Positions 26,255 to 34,022 of a DNA stretch of 41,575 nucleotides are shown here, piece by piece (position 1 is the first letter of the stretch; each line of letters opens with the position of its first letter). Both the position numbers and the translations under genes were made by a program. Below the pieces are notes generated by a model. That model worked only from the letters and a program-made list of their open reading frames with translations, searched no databases and had not been told where the DNA came from. The DNA comes from Eubacteriales bacterium (GTDB lineage Bacteria > Bacillota > Clostridia > Oscillospirales > CAG-272). The stretch spans positions 1 through 41,575 of the forward strand of contig JAZNWS010000157.1 in the NCBI GenBank assembly GCA_045593485.1. Reading direction: 5' to 3'.

Positions 26255-27676
26255 ATGGTATTTTCAAGTATGTTTTTTGTTCTTGTTTTCCTCGTTTTGT
26301 GCTACGGAGTTTATCTTCTCGCAAAAACGATGAAGCAGAAAAATATAGTTCTTTTAGTTTCATCACTTATATTTTACGCATGGGGCGGTCCGGTCCTGTG
26401 CCTTTTGCTCTGCCTTGAAACTTTTATTTGCTATATTGGTGCGAGAATAATTGACTTCACGAAAGAGAAAAAGCAGCGCCTTGCGCACACGTGGGTGACG
26501 GTGCTTGTTTGTCTTGGGCTTCTTGTTTTCTTCAAATACACGGGATTTTTCGCGAGCAATTTTATAAGTCTTTTCCACCTTGATGCAACAGCCCCCTCAA
26601 TAGTCCTTCCAATAGGTATATCTTTTTACACCTTCCAGCTTATATCTTACGTTATTGATGTTTACCGTAAGGAAACAAAAGCGCAGAAAAAATATTGGAT
26701 GCTCCTGCTTTACGCGTCGCTTTTCCATCAGTGTATCGCGGGTCCTATCGTGCGCTATTCGGACGTAAACGAGGAGCTTGAAAGCAGACAGATGACGCTT
26801 GAGGGCATAAGCCAGGGCTTTACGAGATTTTCTGTGGGACTTGCAAAAAAGGCGGTGCTGGCTAACGGCTGCGCGGCTATTGCAGATACGCTTCTTAAGC
26901 TTGAAGGACTTGAGAGCCAGTCCTCGCTCGGCATAATTCTCGGTGTTTTTGCCTATGCGCTGCAGCTTTATCTTGACTTTTCCGCATACTCTGATATGGC
27001 AATAGGCATGGGTCTTATGGTCGGATTGCACTACAAGGAAAACTTCAATTATCCTTACGTGGCGCATTCGGTGACTGACTTCTGGCGTCGTTGGCATATG
27101 TCGCTGTCCTCGTTTTTCCGTGATTACGTTTACATACCGCTCGGCGGAAACAGGGTTTCCGTTCCAAGACATATGTTAAACCTCTTTATCGTCTGGGCGT
27201 TGACGGGATTCTGGCACGGCGCGTCGTGGAATTTCGTGCTCTGGGGAATATTCTATTTTGTGTTCCTGGCGCTTGAAAAGTTCGTGTTGAGATTCAAAAA
27301 TCAGCCTAATGCCATCACAAGAATACCCAGAACACTCTATACGCTCGTCGTGGTATTCTTTGGCACTATGCTTTTCAAATTTACAAGTCTTTCGGCCTTT
27401 GGCACTGCATTTGTTGGCATTTTCTGCGGAAACGGCAACAGCTTTTCCAATATGCAGGTCAAGAGCGAGTTTATGGGCAATATATTCTTCCTTATCGTAT
27501 GCGCGCTTGCCTGCACGCCGATAGTTCCTTATGTATCAAGATTTCTTGAGAAAAACAAGAGCACAAACAAGGTAAGGCTCGTCATTTCTGCGATAGCTCC
27601 CGCCGCGCTTATAATACTGTCGCTTTTGGCTCTTGCGGGAGACAGCTACAACCCCTTTATCTATTTCCAATTCTGA
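26255..27676 (+). CDS. MBOAT-family membrane O-acyltransferase (AlgI/DltB/PatA-like)
   Basis: 473 aa and polytopic. Conserved WRRWHMSLSSFFRDYVYIPLGGNR block with the catalytic His. Confidence 0.9.
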   Translation: MVFSSMFFVLVFLVLCYGVYLLAKTMKQKNIVLLVSSLIFYAWGGPVLCLLLCLETFICYIGARIIDFTKEKKQRLAHTWVTVLVCLGLLVFFKYTGFFASNFISLFHLDATAPSIVLPIGISFYTFQLISYVIDVYRKETKAQKKYWMLLLYASLFHQCIAGPIVRYSDVNEELESRQMTLEGISQGFTRFSVGLAKKAVLANGCAAIADTLLKLEGLESQSSLGIILGVFAYALQLYLDFSAYSDMAIGMGLMVGLHYKENFNYPYVAHSVTDFWRRWHMSLSSFFRDYVYIPLGGNRVSVPRHMLNLFIVWALTGFWHGASWNFVLWGIFYFVFLALEKFVLRFKNQPNAITRIPRTLYTLVVVFFGTMLFKFTSLSAFGTAFVGIFCGNGNSFSNMQVKSEFMGNIFFLIVCALACTPIVPYVSRFLEKNKSTNKVRLVISAIAPAALIILSLLALAGDSYNPFIYFQF

Positions 27677-27688
27677 TGGGTATATAAA

Positions 27689-28951
27689 ATGAAAGAAATA
27701 TTTAGCAAGGAAAACACACGTGGGTTCGAAAACAAGACCCACCTGATAAAAATAATATCCTCTACGGCGATCATTTGTGTTTTCGCCGTTGTTGGACTCT
27801 GCTTCTTTTTCAGACCGACGTACTCTGAAAACGAAAAGAGAAATCTTACCGAGTTCCCGAAATTCAGCTTTGAGTCATTTTTCTCGGGCGACTATTTTTC
27901 GCAGATAAGTCTGTGGTACTCCGACACGTATCCTTTGCGCGAGTCAATGATAAACGCAAACTCGGGTATTCAGTCGATGTACGGTGACCGCGAGGACCAG
28001 CTCATAATCCCGTCGGGAGGAAACACTACAATTGAGAACGGCGGCGCGGTTGAAAATTTCGGCGGAATCTGGATACAGAACGACACAAAGACCGCATACG
28101 AGATCTTTTACAACAGACAGTCTGTAAACGATAGATATATTGCCGCGATAAACCAGGCGGCGCACAAGCTTGGCAAGGACGTGAACGTCTATAATATGGT
28201 CGTGCCGCTTCATTATACCTATAAGCTGACCGATGAGCAGATAGCCCAGGTGGGCGCGTCGGACTGTGTGGATGTTATGAACTATATTTACAGCGGGCTT
28301 GACAAGAGTGTGACCTCGGTAAATATACATGATCAGCTTCTCTCGCACAAGGACGAATACATATATTTCAGAACCGACCACCATTGGACAGCTCGCGGCG
28401 CGTATTATGCCTACGTTGCCTTTTGTGAGGAGAAGGGAATTAAGCCCACACCCCTCGAGGACTATACAAAGCTTGAGTTTGATAACTTCCTTGGCACGTT
28501 CTATTCGCAGTCGGGGCAGAATAAGACACTCAAGAATAATCCCGATTACGTCGAGGCATTTATTCCCAACGGAACTAATCTGTTGACCGCGATCACGCAG
28601 GACGGACGCGAAACGGAATATGCTATAGTTTATAAGAAAGCGGACAAATACAGCGCGGCTAATAAGTATATGTGCTTTATCGGCGGAGATAATCCCGTGT
28701 CCACTATCCACAACGACAATATAAACGACGGCTCATCCATAGTCGTTATAAAGGAGTCGTACGGAAACGCCTTCGTGCCGTTTATTGTGGACTCGTACGA
28801 GTATGTTTACGTAATAGACTACAGATATTTTGACGGTAATCTTGTTGACTTCGTTGAGGACAACGGCATAAAAGACGTGCTTTTCCTCAACTATATCTCC
28901 ACCACCTCTACCGAGTCAAAGATCGGTCAGATAGAGGACATTATAGGATAA
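27689..28951 (+). CDS. DHHW-family protein (AlgJ/AlgX/PatB-like extracytoplasmic acyltransferase partner)
   Basis: 420 aa. N-terminal TM anchor and the eponymous FRTDHHWTARGAYYAY motif. It starts 13 nt after the MBOAT gene. Confidence 0.85.
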   Translation: MKEIFSKENTRGFENKTHLIKIISSTAIICVFAVVGLCFFFRPTYSENEKRNLTEFPKFSFESFFSGDYFSQISLWYSDTYPLRESMINANSGIQSMYGDREDQLIIPSGGNTTIENGGAVENFGGIWIQNDTKTAYEIFYNRQSVNDRYIAAINQAAHKLGKDVNVYNMVVPLHYTYKLTDEQIAQVGASDCVDVMNYIYSGLDKSVTSVNIHDQLLSHKDEYIYFRTDHHWTARGAYYAYVAFCEEKGIKPTPLEDYTKLEFDNFLGTFYSQSGQNKTLKNNPDYVEAFIPNGTNLLTAITQDGRETEYAIVYKKADKYSAANKYMCFIGGDNPVSTIHNDNINDGSSIVVIKESYGNAFVPFIVDSYEYVYVIDYRYFDGNLVDFVEDNGIKDVLFLNYISTTSTESKIGQIEDIIG

Positions 28952-28953
28952 AT

Positions 28954-28989
28954 AAAGAGCATCTCACAATTTGTGAGATGCTCTTTTTC
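28954..28989. terminator. bidirectional terminator between the convergent DHHW and folT-folC genes
   Basis: aaagagcatctcaca attt gtgagatgctcttt followed by a T-run. Confidence 0.7.
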
Positions 28990-30813
28990 TTATTTTCCAA
29001 CCGCCCTATAGACCTCGCAGTACATATAAAGCGAGCCGAGGCAGATTATGGGTTTGTTTTCCTCAAGCGCCTTTTGCTTGGCAAGGGAGATAGCTTCGCT
29101 AACGCTCTCGCAAGGTGTTGCGGAAATTCCGAAGCCCTCAAAGGTCGCCGCAAAATCAGTGGCGGGCAAAGCTCTTGGATTGTCGGGGGTGACGGTGAAG
29201 GCGAATGAGGCAACCTCACTCATTTTTTCCGCCATATATTTGTAGTCCTTGTCAGCCATAACGCCTGTGACTATAATTACCTTTTCGTCGGGAAAATACA
29301 GCTTTACGCTCTCTATTGCCGCTTCGATTCCCTCGGGGTTGTGACCGCCGTCGGAAATAATTGTCGGTGAGTCGGATAGTTTTTCAAATCTTGCTTTCCA
29401 CTCGACTGTGGCAAGACCGTTGTAAATTGCCTTGTCGGAAATTTCAAGACCCTGTGCCTTGAGAATGTTTACCGCCTCCAGCGCGTTGCAGGCATTGTGC
29501 GGCTGATACGAGCCGAGCAGTGGGATTTTTACGTCCTTATAATCGTAAAAATCAAAGATTGAGCCGTCAAGACTTGTGGCTTTGAGGGCAAATGAGGAGC
29601 GGTCTACCTCAAAATAGTCCGAGCCGCACTCATCTGCCTTAGCTTTTATGACCTCTGCCGCCTCGATGTTGTCTGAGCAGAAAAGAACGGGTATGCTTTC
29701 CTTTATAATACCAGCCTTTTCTCTTGCAATCTCGGGGATAGTGTTGCCGAGAAATGATGTGTGGTCAAAGGAAATTCCCGTTATGACCGACAGAAGAGGT
29801 GTTTTTATGATGTTTGTGGAGTCAAGTCTGCCGCCCATTCCGCACTCAAGCACCACGACGTCGCAGCCTTCTCTTGCAAAATACTCAAACGCAATAGCGG
29901 TTATAAGCTCAAACTCGGTGGGGGAATCCTCCATAGAGTCAGCAAAGGGCTTTACGTACTCGGTAATTTTTGCAAGCTCCGTGTCGGGAATATCCTGACC
30001 GTTTATCTTCATTCTCTCGTTGAAGCGAAGCACGAAGGGGGAGGTGTAAAGCCCCACCTTGTAGCCTGCCTCCTTGAGAATGTTTGCGGTCATAGAGCAG
30101 AACGAGCCCTTGCCGTTAGTTCCCGCAACGTGAATGAATTTGAGCTTGCTTTGCGGATTTCCCATTTTACCGAGCAATTCAGTCGTGCGCTCAAGTCCCG
30201 GGCGAGAGCCCTTCCAGCACACCGAATGAATATAATCAAGAGCCTCGCTGTAGGTCATTTTATTTTTCCTTTCTCTTGGGAGCATTTTGTCCACTTGCTT
30301 GACAAACGCCACGTTGTTGCAAAGCAGACAGACGACGGCGCACTCCGCCGCGCCGACGACTGTGTAGGTGAGAAGACGCCACAACCCCGTTTCAACAAGG
30401 GGCAGGGAGTAGAACAGCGAAAGCCCGACTGTTTTTATTACGACCGAGCCGAGCAGATGCGATATTGACACGGACAGGATCACGCAGGCGGTATTCTTTT
30501 TTCTGAATATAAGCGGGAAAATACCGCTGATAAGACCGACACACGCCGCGCCCGCCGTAATTATTGGGTTTATAGTGTATCCGACCATAAGACATCCAAG
30601 AATATCTGCCACCGCACCCACCGCCGCGCCGACTATCGGGCCGAAGAACACGCCCGAAATTATCACAGGCAGATTTTCAAAGCTTATGCGGATGGACGGC
30701 GTGAGATTGAATGCAAGATATTTTCCAAGCACAATACTCATGCCCGCAAGGATCGCCGCGCAAGCCATCACCTTAAGACTGCCGAAAATAAGTCTTTTTG
30801 ATTGCTTTTTCAT
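28990..30813 (-). CDS. folC: fusion protein: folate-family ECF transporter S component (FolT-like, N-terminal ~180 aa) + folylpolyglutamate synthase/dihydrofolate synthase (FolC)
   Basis: Start at ATG 30813, preceded by GAGAGGAGG. 607 aa in one frame with no stop. The N-terminal part has ~6 TM segments (ENLPVIISGVFFGPIVGA). The FolC part starts MTYSEALDYIHS.. and carries the P-loop HVAGTNGKGS. Confidence 0.85.
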   Translation of the reverse strand: MKKQSKRLIFGSLKVMACAAILAGMSIVLGKYLAFNLTPSIRISFENLPVIISGVFFGPIVGAAVGAVADILGCLMVGYTINPIITAGAACVGLISGIFPLIFRKKNTACVILSVSISHLLGSVVIKTVGLSLFYSLPLVETGLWRLLTYTVVGAAECAVVCLLCNNVAFVKQVDKMLPRERKNKMTYSEALDYIHSVCWKGSRPGLERTTELLGKMGNPQSKLKFIHVAGTNGKGSFCSMTANILKEAGYKVGLYTSPFVLRFNERMKINGQDIPDTELAKITEYVKPFADSMEDSPTEFELITAIAFEYFAREGCDVVVLECGMGGRLDSTNIIKTPLLSVITGISFDHTSFLGNTIPEIAREKAGIIKESIPVLFCSDNIEAAEVIKAKADECGSDYFEVDRSSFALKATSLDGSIFDFYDYKDVKIPLLGSYQPHNACNALEAVNILKAQGLEISDKAIYNGLATVEWKARFEKLSDSPTIISDGGHNPEGIEAAIESVKLYFPDEKVIIVTGVMADKDYKYMAEKMSEVASFAFTVTPDNPRALPATDFAATFEGFGISATPCESVSEAISLAKQKALEENKPIICLGSLYMYCEVYRAVGK

Positions 30814-30821
30814 ATAAAAAT

Positions 30822-30852
30822 ACCTCCTCTCGCCATATGGCAGAAAGGAGGT
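30822..30852 (-). promoter_or_regulatory. SD-sequestering hairpin (expression platform of the THF riboswitch)
   Basis: Minus strand: ACCUCCUUUCUGCC AUAU GGCGAGAGGAGGU. A ~13-bp stem whose 3' arm contains the folT GGAGG. Confidence 0.55.
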
Positions 30853-30877
30853 ATAGTAAGCCTCTTTGGGTGCCGTA

Positions 30878-30990
30878 TGAAGCGGGATGCAAAGCCGAGA
30901 CCGCATTGATGCGCTATATGTGCCATCAAAATTCGTCCGCAAGACAACTCCCCGTTCTCGCGGCACTTACGCCTTGACTTTTACTCTTCA
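30878..30990 (-). promoter_or_regulatory. THF (tetrahydrofolate, folT-motif) riboswitch aptamer
   Basis: Minus strand: UGAAGAGUAAAAGUCAAGGCGUAAGUGCCGCGAGAACGGGGAGUUGUCUUGCGGACGAA...UGCAUCCCGCUUCA. It shares the remembered hallmark blocks of the THF-I class (GAGAGUA, GCGU(U)AAGUG, the GGGA-containing P3 loop, ACGAA, the GCAUCC pseudoknot partner and P1 closure). It lies directly upstream of a folT-like gene. Confidence 0.7.
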
Positions 30991-31014
30991 AGATTTGTGG
31001 TTTTCCACAACATT

Positions 31015-31042
31015 ATTATATCACTATTTTTTTCAATGTCAA
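31015..31042 (-). promoter_or_regulatory. sigma-A promoter with extended -10 (TTGACA-16-TGnTATAAT) driving riboswitch-folT-folC
   Basis: Minus strand: ttgaca ttgaaaaaaatagtga tataat. It fits in the short gap after the birA stop. Confidence 0.5.
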
Positions 31043-31048
31043 TAGAAT

Positions 31049-31810
31049 TTAATCATTTGACAAGTCATTTGTGGGGCGAATTGTGACCTCACCGCTGAAA
31101 ATTCTTATCGGGGCGGTATCTCCGTCGCGCAAAAGCAGTAATGCGCCGTCGTCATCAACGCCCGCAACCAATCCGCAGACAGTTTCACCGTTCTGTGTGG
31201 CCGAGACTTGCTTGCCCATAAGCATAAAATGCTCTCTGTAAAGCTCCATATACGAGCGGTCGGAGGTGTTGCTTGCAAACTCGCGCAAAAGGCTTATAAT
31301 TTTTGCGATAAGCTCTTCTTTTGAGGACCTCAAGGTGACAGCCCCCGCAATATCCCGTATCTCCTTGGGAAATCTGGTCTTGCCAATATTTATTCCGATT
31401 CCGACGATAATATAGTTATCATCGCCAATACCCGAGACCGCCTCGGTGAGAATTCCGCAGACCTTTTTGCCGTTCTGATATATATCGTTGACCCATTTTA
31501 TCTGAAAATTGCCCTCACAACACTCACAAAGAGCCTTTGTGACTGCCGCAGCCGCTGCGGTCGTGACAGAAACAGAGTTGCACACACAGTCGGACTTAAA
31601 GGCGAATGACATATATATACCTCTGCCTCGGCTGTAAAATTTTCTGCCCATACGGCCTCTGCCAGATGTTTGTTTGTCCGCAATATACGTAAAGGGAAGG
31701 CGCGCGCCCTCAAAAATCTTTTTGCGCGCTTGGGTGTTGGTCGAGTTTACAAGTAAATTCCAATATACGTCCACTCCTGATAGAGCATTTATTTTGTTTA
31801 TATCAAGCAT
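31049..31810 (-). CDS. birA: biotin--[acetyl-CoA-carboxylase] ligase, group I (no N-terminal HTH domain)
   Basis: GRGRMGRKF and KWVNDIY motifs. I preferred the ATG at 31810 (GAGGA 8 nt upstream, 253 aa) over the TTG at 31840 used by the ORF track. Confidence 0.85.
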   Translation of the reverse strand: MLDINKINALSGVDVYWNLLVNSTNTQARKKIFEGARLPFTYIADKQTSGRGRMGRKFYSRGRGIYMSFAFKSDCVCNSVSVTTAAAAAVTKALCECCEGNFQIKWVNDIYQNGKKVCGILTEAVSGIGDDNYIIVGIGINIGKTRFPKEIRDIAGAVTLRSSKEELIAKIISLLREFASNTSDRSYMELYREHFMLMGKQVSATQNGETVCGLVAGVDDDGALLLLRDGDTAPIRIFSGEVTIRPTNDLSND

Positions 31811-32759
31811 TATTCTGTCCTCGATCTGTTTTATTGGCAAGCAGAGAAATAAGCTTTATACAGAAAGCAACAGTTCCTATCGCCATAATTCCAAGTATGA
31901 CGCCCATCTCGATAGGCAGCGACACCGAGAACGCGATAAGGAAAAGCGGTTTTCCTATGTGTACCATAAAGTCGGGATACGTGCTTTCAAGAACCTCGAG
32001 CAGAGTAGCAAAAATTATATTTATCGCAATTCCCGAGCAGAGCGTGATTATCTTTGCCATAGCCGGAATATCTCTCTTTTCTGGCTTGAATACAAGGAAA
32101 CCAAGATTCATCATGGGTACAATGAACACCCACAAAAGCAAGAATATATATCTGAAATCGTAAAAAGCGTTTTCAAACGCGCTGAACGTCGCGTATATTG
32201 ACGCGCCGCTGAATACGAATACAACTATTGCAAGTATGCAAAGAGGGATGTATTCCCAAACGCGCAGCTTGAAAGAGCCTGCCATCCTAAGACCTTCTTT
32301 GAATTTTGCCGCCTGTGACGTTGGAGAGATCACCGTTGCGATATTAAATACCTGAAGCGCGATCAATACAAAGTGAATGACGATTACATCGTAGGGGAAG
32401 TGCAAAAAAATACTCGGCAGAGCGTCATAGACGCCGAATTTGTTGTTGCTTATATAAAGCTCTATGTTCTTGAAAACAAATATAAGGCAAATTGCAGCGT
32501 ATAAGATTACAAATACACTGTAAATGATTTTTGCCACCTTTTTTGTGCCCTTTACGTAGAAATCATAAAAGTAGAAAAGAAAGCAAATAACGGGCAAAAG
32601 GTATGAAAGTACCATCGGCAGCATAACGGACGGCTCTCTGAAGCCGTTTGCGATAAAGCCTGACAGGCACTTGTAAAAGTCATACATAAAAAAGCAAGCG
32701 AACAACAGTGCAACACAGGTAAAAGCATTTGTCAGGCTGGCTTTAAGATTAGTCTTCAT
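31803..32759 (-). CDS. polytopic membrane protein of unknown function (8-9 predicted TM segments)
   Basis: 318 aa, very hydrophobic, with no motif I recognise. The start overlaps the upstream stop by 11 nt and the stop overlaps the birA ATG by 8 nt. Confidence 0.7.
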   Translation of the reverse strand: MKTNLKASLTNAFTCVALLFACFFMYDFYKCLSGFIANGFREPSVMLPMVLSYLLPVICFLFYFYDFYVKGTKKVAKIIYSVFVILYAAICLIFVFKNIELYISNNKFGVYDALPSIFLHFPYDVIVIHFVLIALQVFNIATVISPTSQAAKFKEGLRMAGSFKLRVWEYIPLCILAIVVFVFSGASIYATFSAFENAFYDFRYIFLLLWVFIVPMMNLGFLVFKPEKRDIPAMAKIITLCSGIAINIIFATLLEVLESTYPDFMVHIGKPLFLIAFSVSLPIEMGVILGIMAIGTVAFCIKLISLLANKTDRGQNNA

Positions 32760-33906
32760 AATGCTCGTACCCTCCCGTTATATTTACAAAATTCTCTTTG
32801 ATATTCTCTATTGAAACAAACTCCTCCCTGGTCATACCGTCCTTGAGGGTTATGGTTTTATAGCCTATCATATCGGTGTCGTGATAGAGCTGATTTGTCG
32901 CCTTGACGCCATACGAGAAAATCGCCTTGTCGTCTATACTGTCGCTGTGCGCGTTGTAGATAAAATCGCCGTAGTTTATATGGTCGTGTCCGCAGAAAAA
33001 GGCGAGAATATTAGCCTTGCGGAGCAATTCGTACGAGCCGTTATTCTCATAGCCGTAAAGCACATGCTCACGATATTCACCCTGACCCACGAGCGACGAG
33101 TCGTCTGCCGCAAGATACTGATCCCACGCCTCCTGATACTCGTAAAAGGGAATATGGAAGAACGCAAGACCTATGTAGTCCTTGTCCTTGGTCGCGTTCT
33201 GATATATCTCGTTTGCGTGGTCAAGCTGCTCGGGGTGTATGACGTCATAGTCGTAATCAAGCCCCATATAGTGATATGTATTTGAGTCTATAAGATGTAT
33301 TCTGTATTTGACGTCGACCTCGTCAGCTGATTTTGTCGCATCATCTACCAAATCGATATAGTAATTAGTCAAACCAAAGAGATTATCGTCCTCATAGTCC
33401 ACGAAAGCAGCGTATTTCGAGTCGGCTATTTCCTGTCCGTCCTTGGTGGCATAAGAGCTTATGACCTCGTTTATAAAATATCTTGGGTAGTCGCCTTGAT
33501 TGTCGTGGTTTCCAAACGTGACGGCAAACTTCGTAAGACGGCCGCCTCTTTTCTCGGTGAGCGCCTTGCATTCGTTGTTCAAAAAAGCAAACAGACTTTC
33601 GACCACGCCCTTTGAGGCGTACATAAAATTGTCACCCGTCAGAATAATGAGGTCGGGCGAGCTTTCGTTGATTGCCTTTTTGATTATATCAAGCTGAAGC
33701 GCTATATTGCTTTCAATTCCAAAGTGAAGGTCAGCCAGCTGCAAAATTTTGAAATCATCGTAAAACTGCATCACAGTTCTGTATTTGTCAACCGAATAGT
33801 CTGTTTTGCCAACAGCCTTTGGCGTATCTCTGTATGCTGAAAAGCACCCTGACAGTAAAGCCACGGTCAGACATAGCACAAGGATAGCCAATATTGTTTT
33901 TTTCAT
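32749..33906 (-). CDS. lipoprotein metallophosphoesterase (calcineurin-like)
   Basis: 385 aa. Signal peptide plus lipobox (LTVALLSGC). LADLHFG, LTGDNF, FGNHDN and CGHDH. Confidence 0.85.
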   Translation of the reverse strand: MKKTILAILVLCLTVALLSGCFSAYRDTPKAVGKTDYSVDKYRTVMQFYDDFKILQLADLHFGIESNIALQLDIIKKAINESSPDLIILTGDNFMYASKGVVESLFAFLNNECKALTEKRGGRLTKFAVTFGNHDNQGDYPRYFINEVISSYATKDGQEIADSKYAAFVDYEDDNLFGLTNYYIDLVDDATKSADEVDVKYRIHLIDSNTYHYMGLDYDYDVIHPEQLDHANEIYQNATKDKDYIGLAFFHIPFYEYQEAWDQYLAADDSSLVGQGEYREHVLYGYENNGSYELLRKANILAFFCGHDHINYGDFIYNAHSDSIDDKAIFSYGVKATNQLYHDTDMIGYKTITLKDGMTREEFVSIENIKENFVNITGGYEHYED

Positions 33907-33977
33907 ATCTCATCCTCCAAAAACAATTCTAATTTATTTATATCATAATTTGACAAAAATATCAAGTGAAAGTTAAC

Positions 33978-34012
33978 AAAAAGGCAGGATTCGTAAGGAA
34001 TCCTGCCTTTTT
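33978..34012 (-). terminator. intrinsic terminator after spoIIE (palindromic, flanked by A/T runs)
   Basis: aaaaaggcaggattc gtaa ggaatcctgccttttt. Confidence 0.7.
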
Positions 34013-34022
34013 GTATTAAGTA

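Noticed and set aside
27944-28711. A 255-aa minus-strand ORF inside the DHHW gene.
   Set aside because: It is antisense to a gene with clear family motifs. It has no signals and an odd composition.
29761-30468. A 235-aa plus-strand ORF inside folT-folC.
   Set aside because: It is antisense to the P-loop-containing FolC coding frame. It has no RBS.
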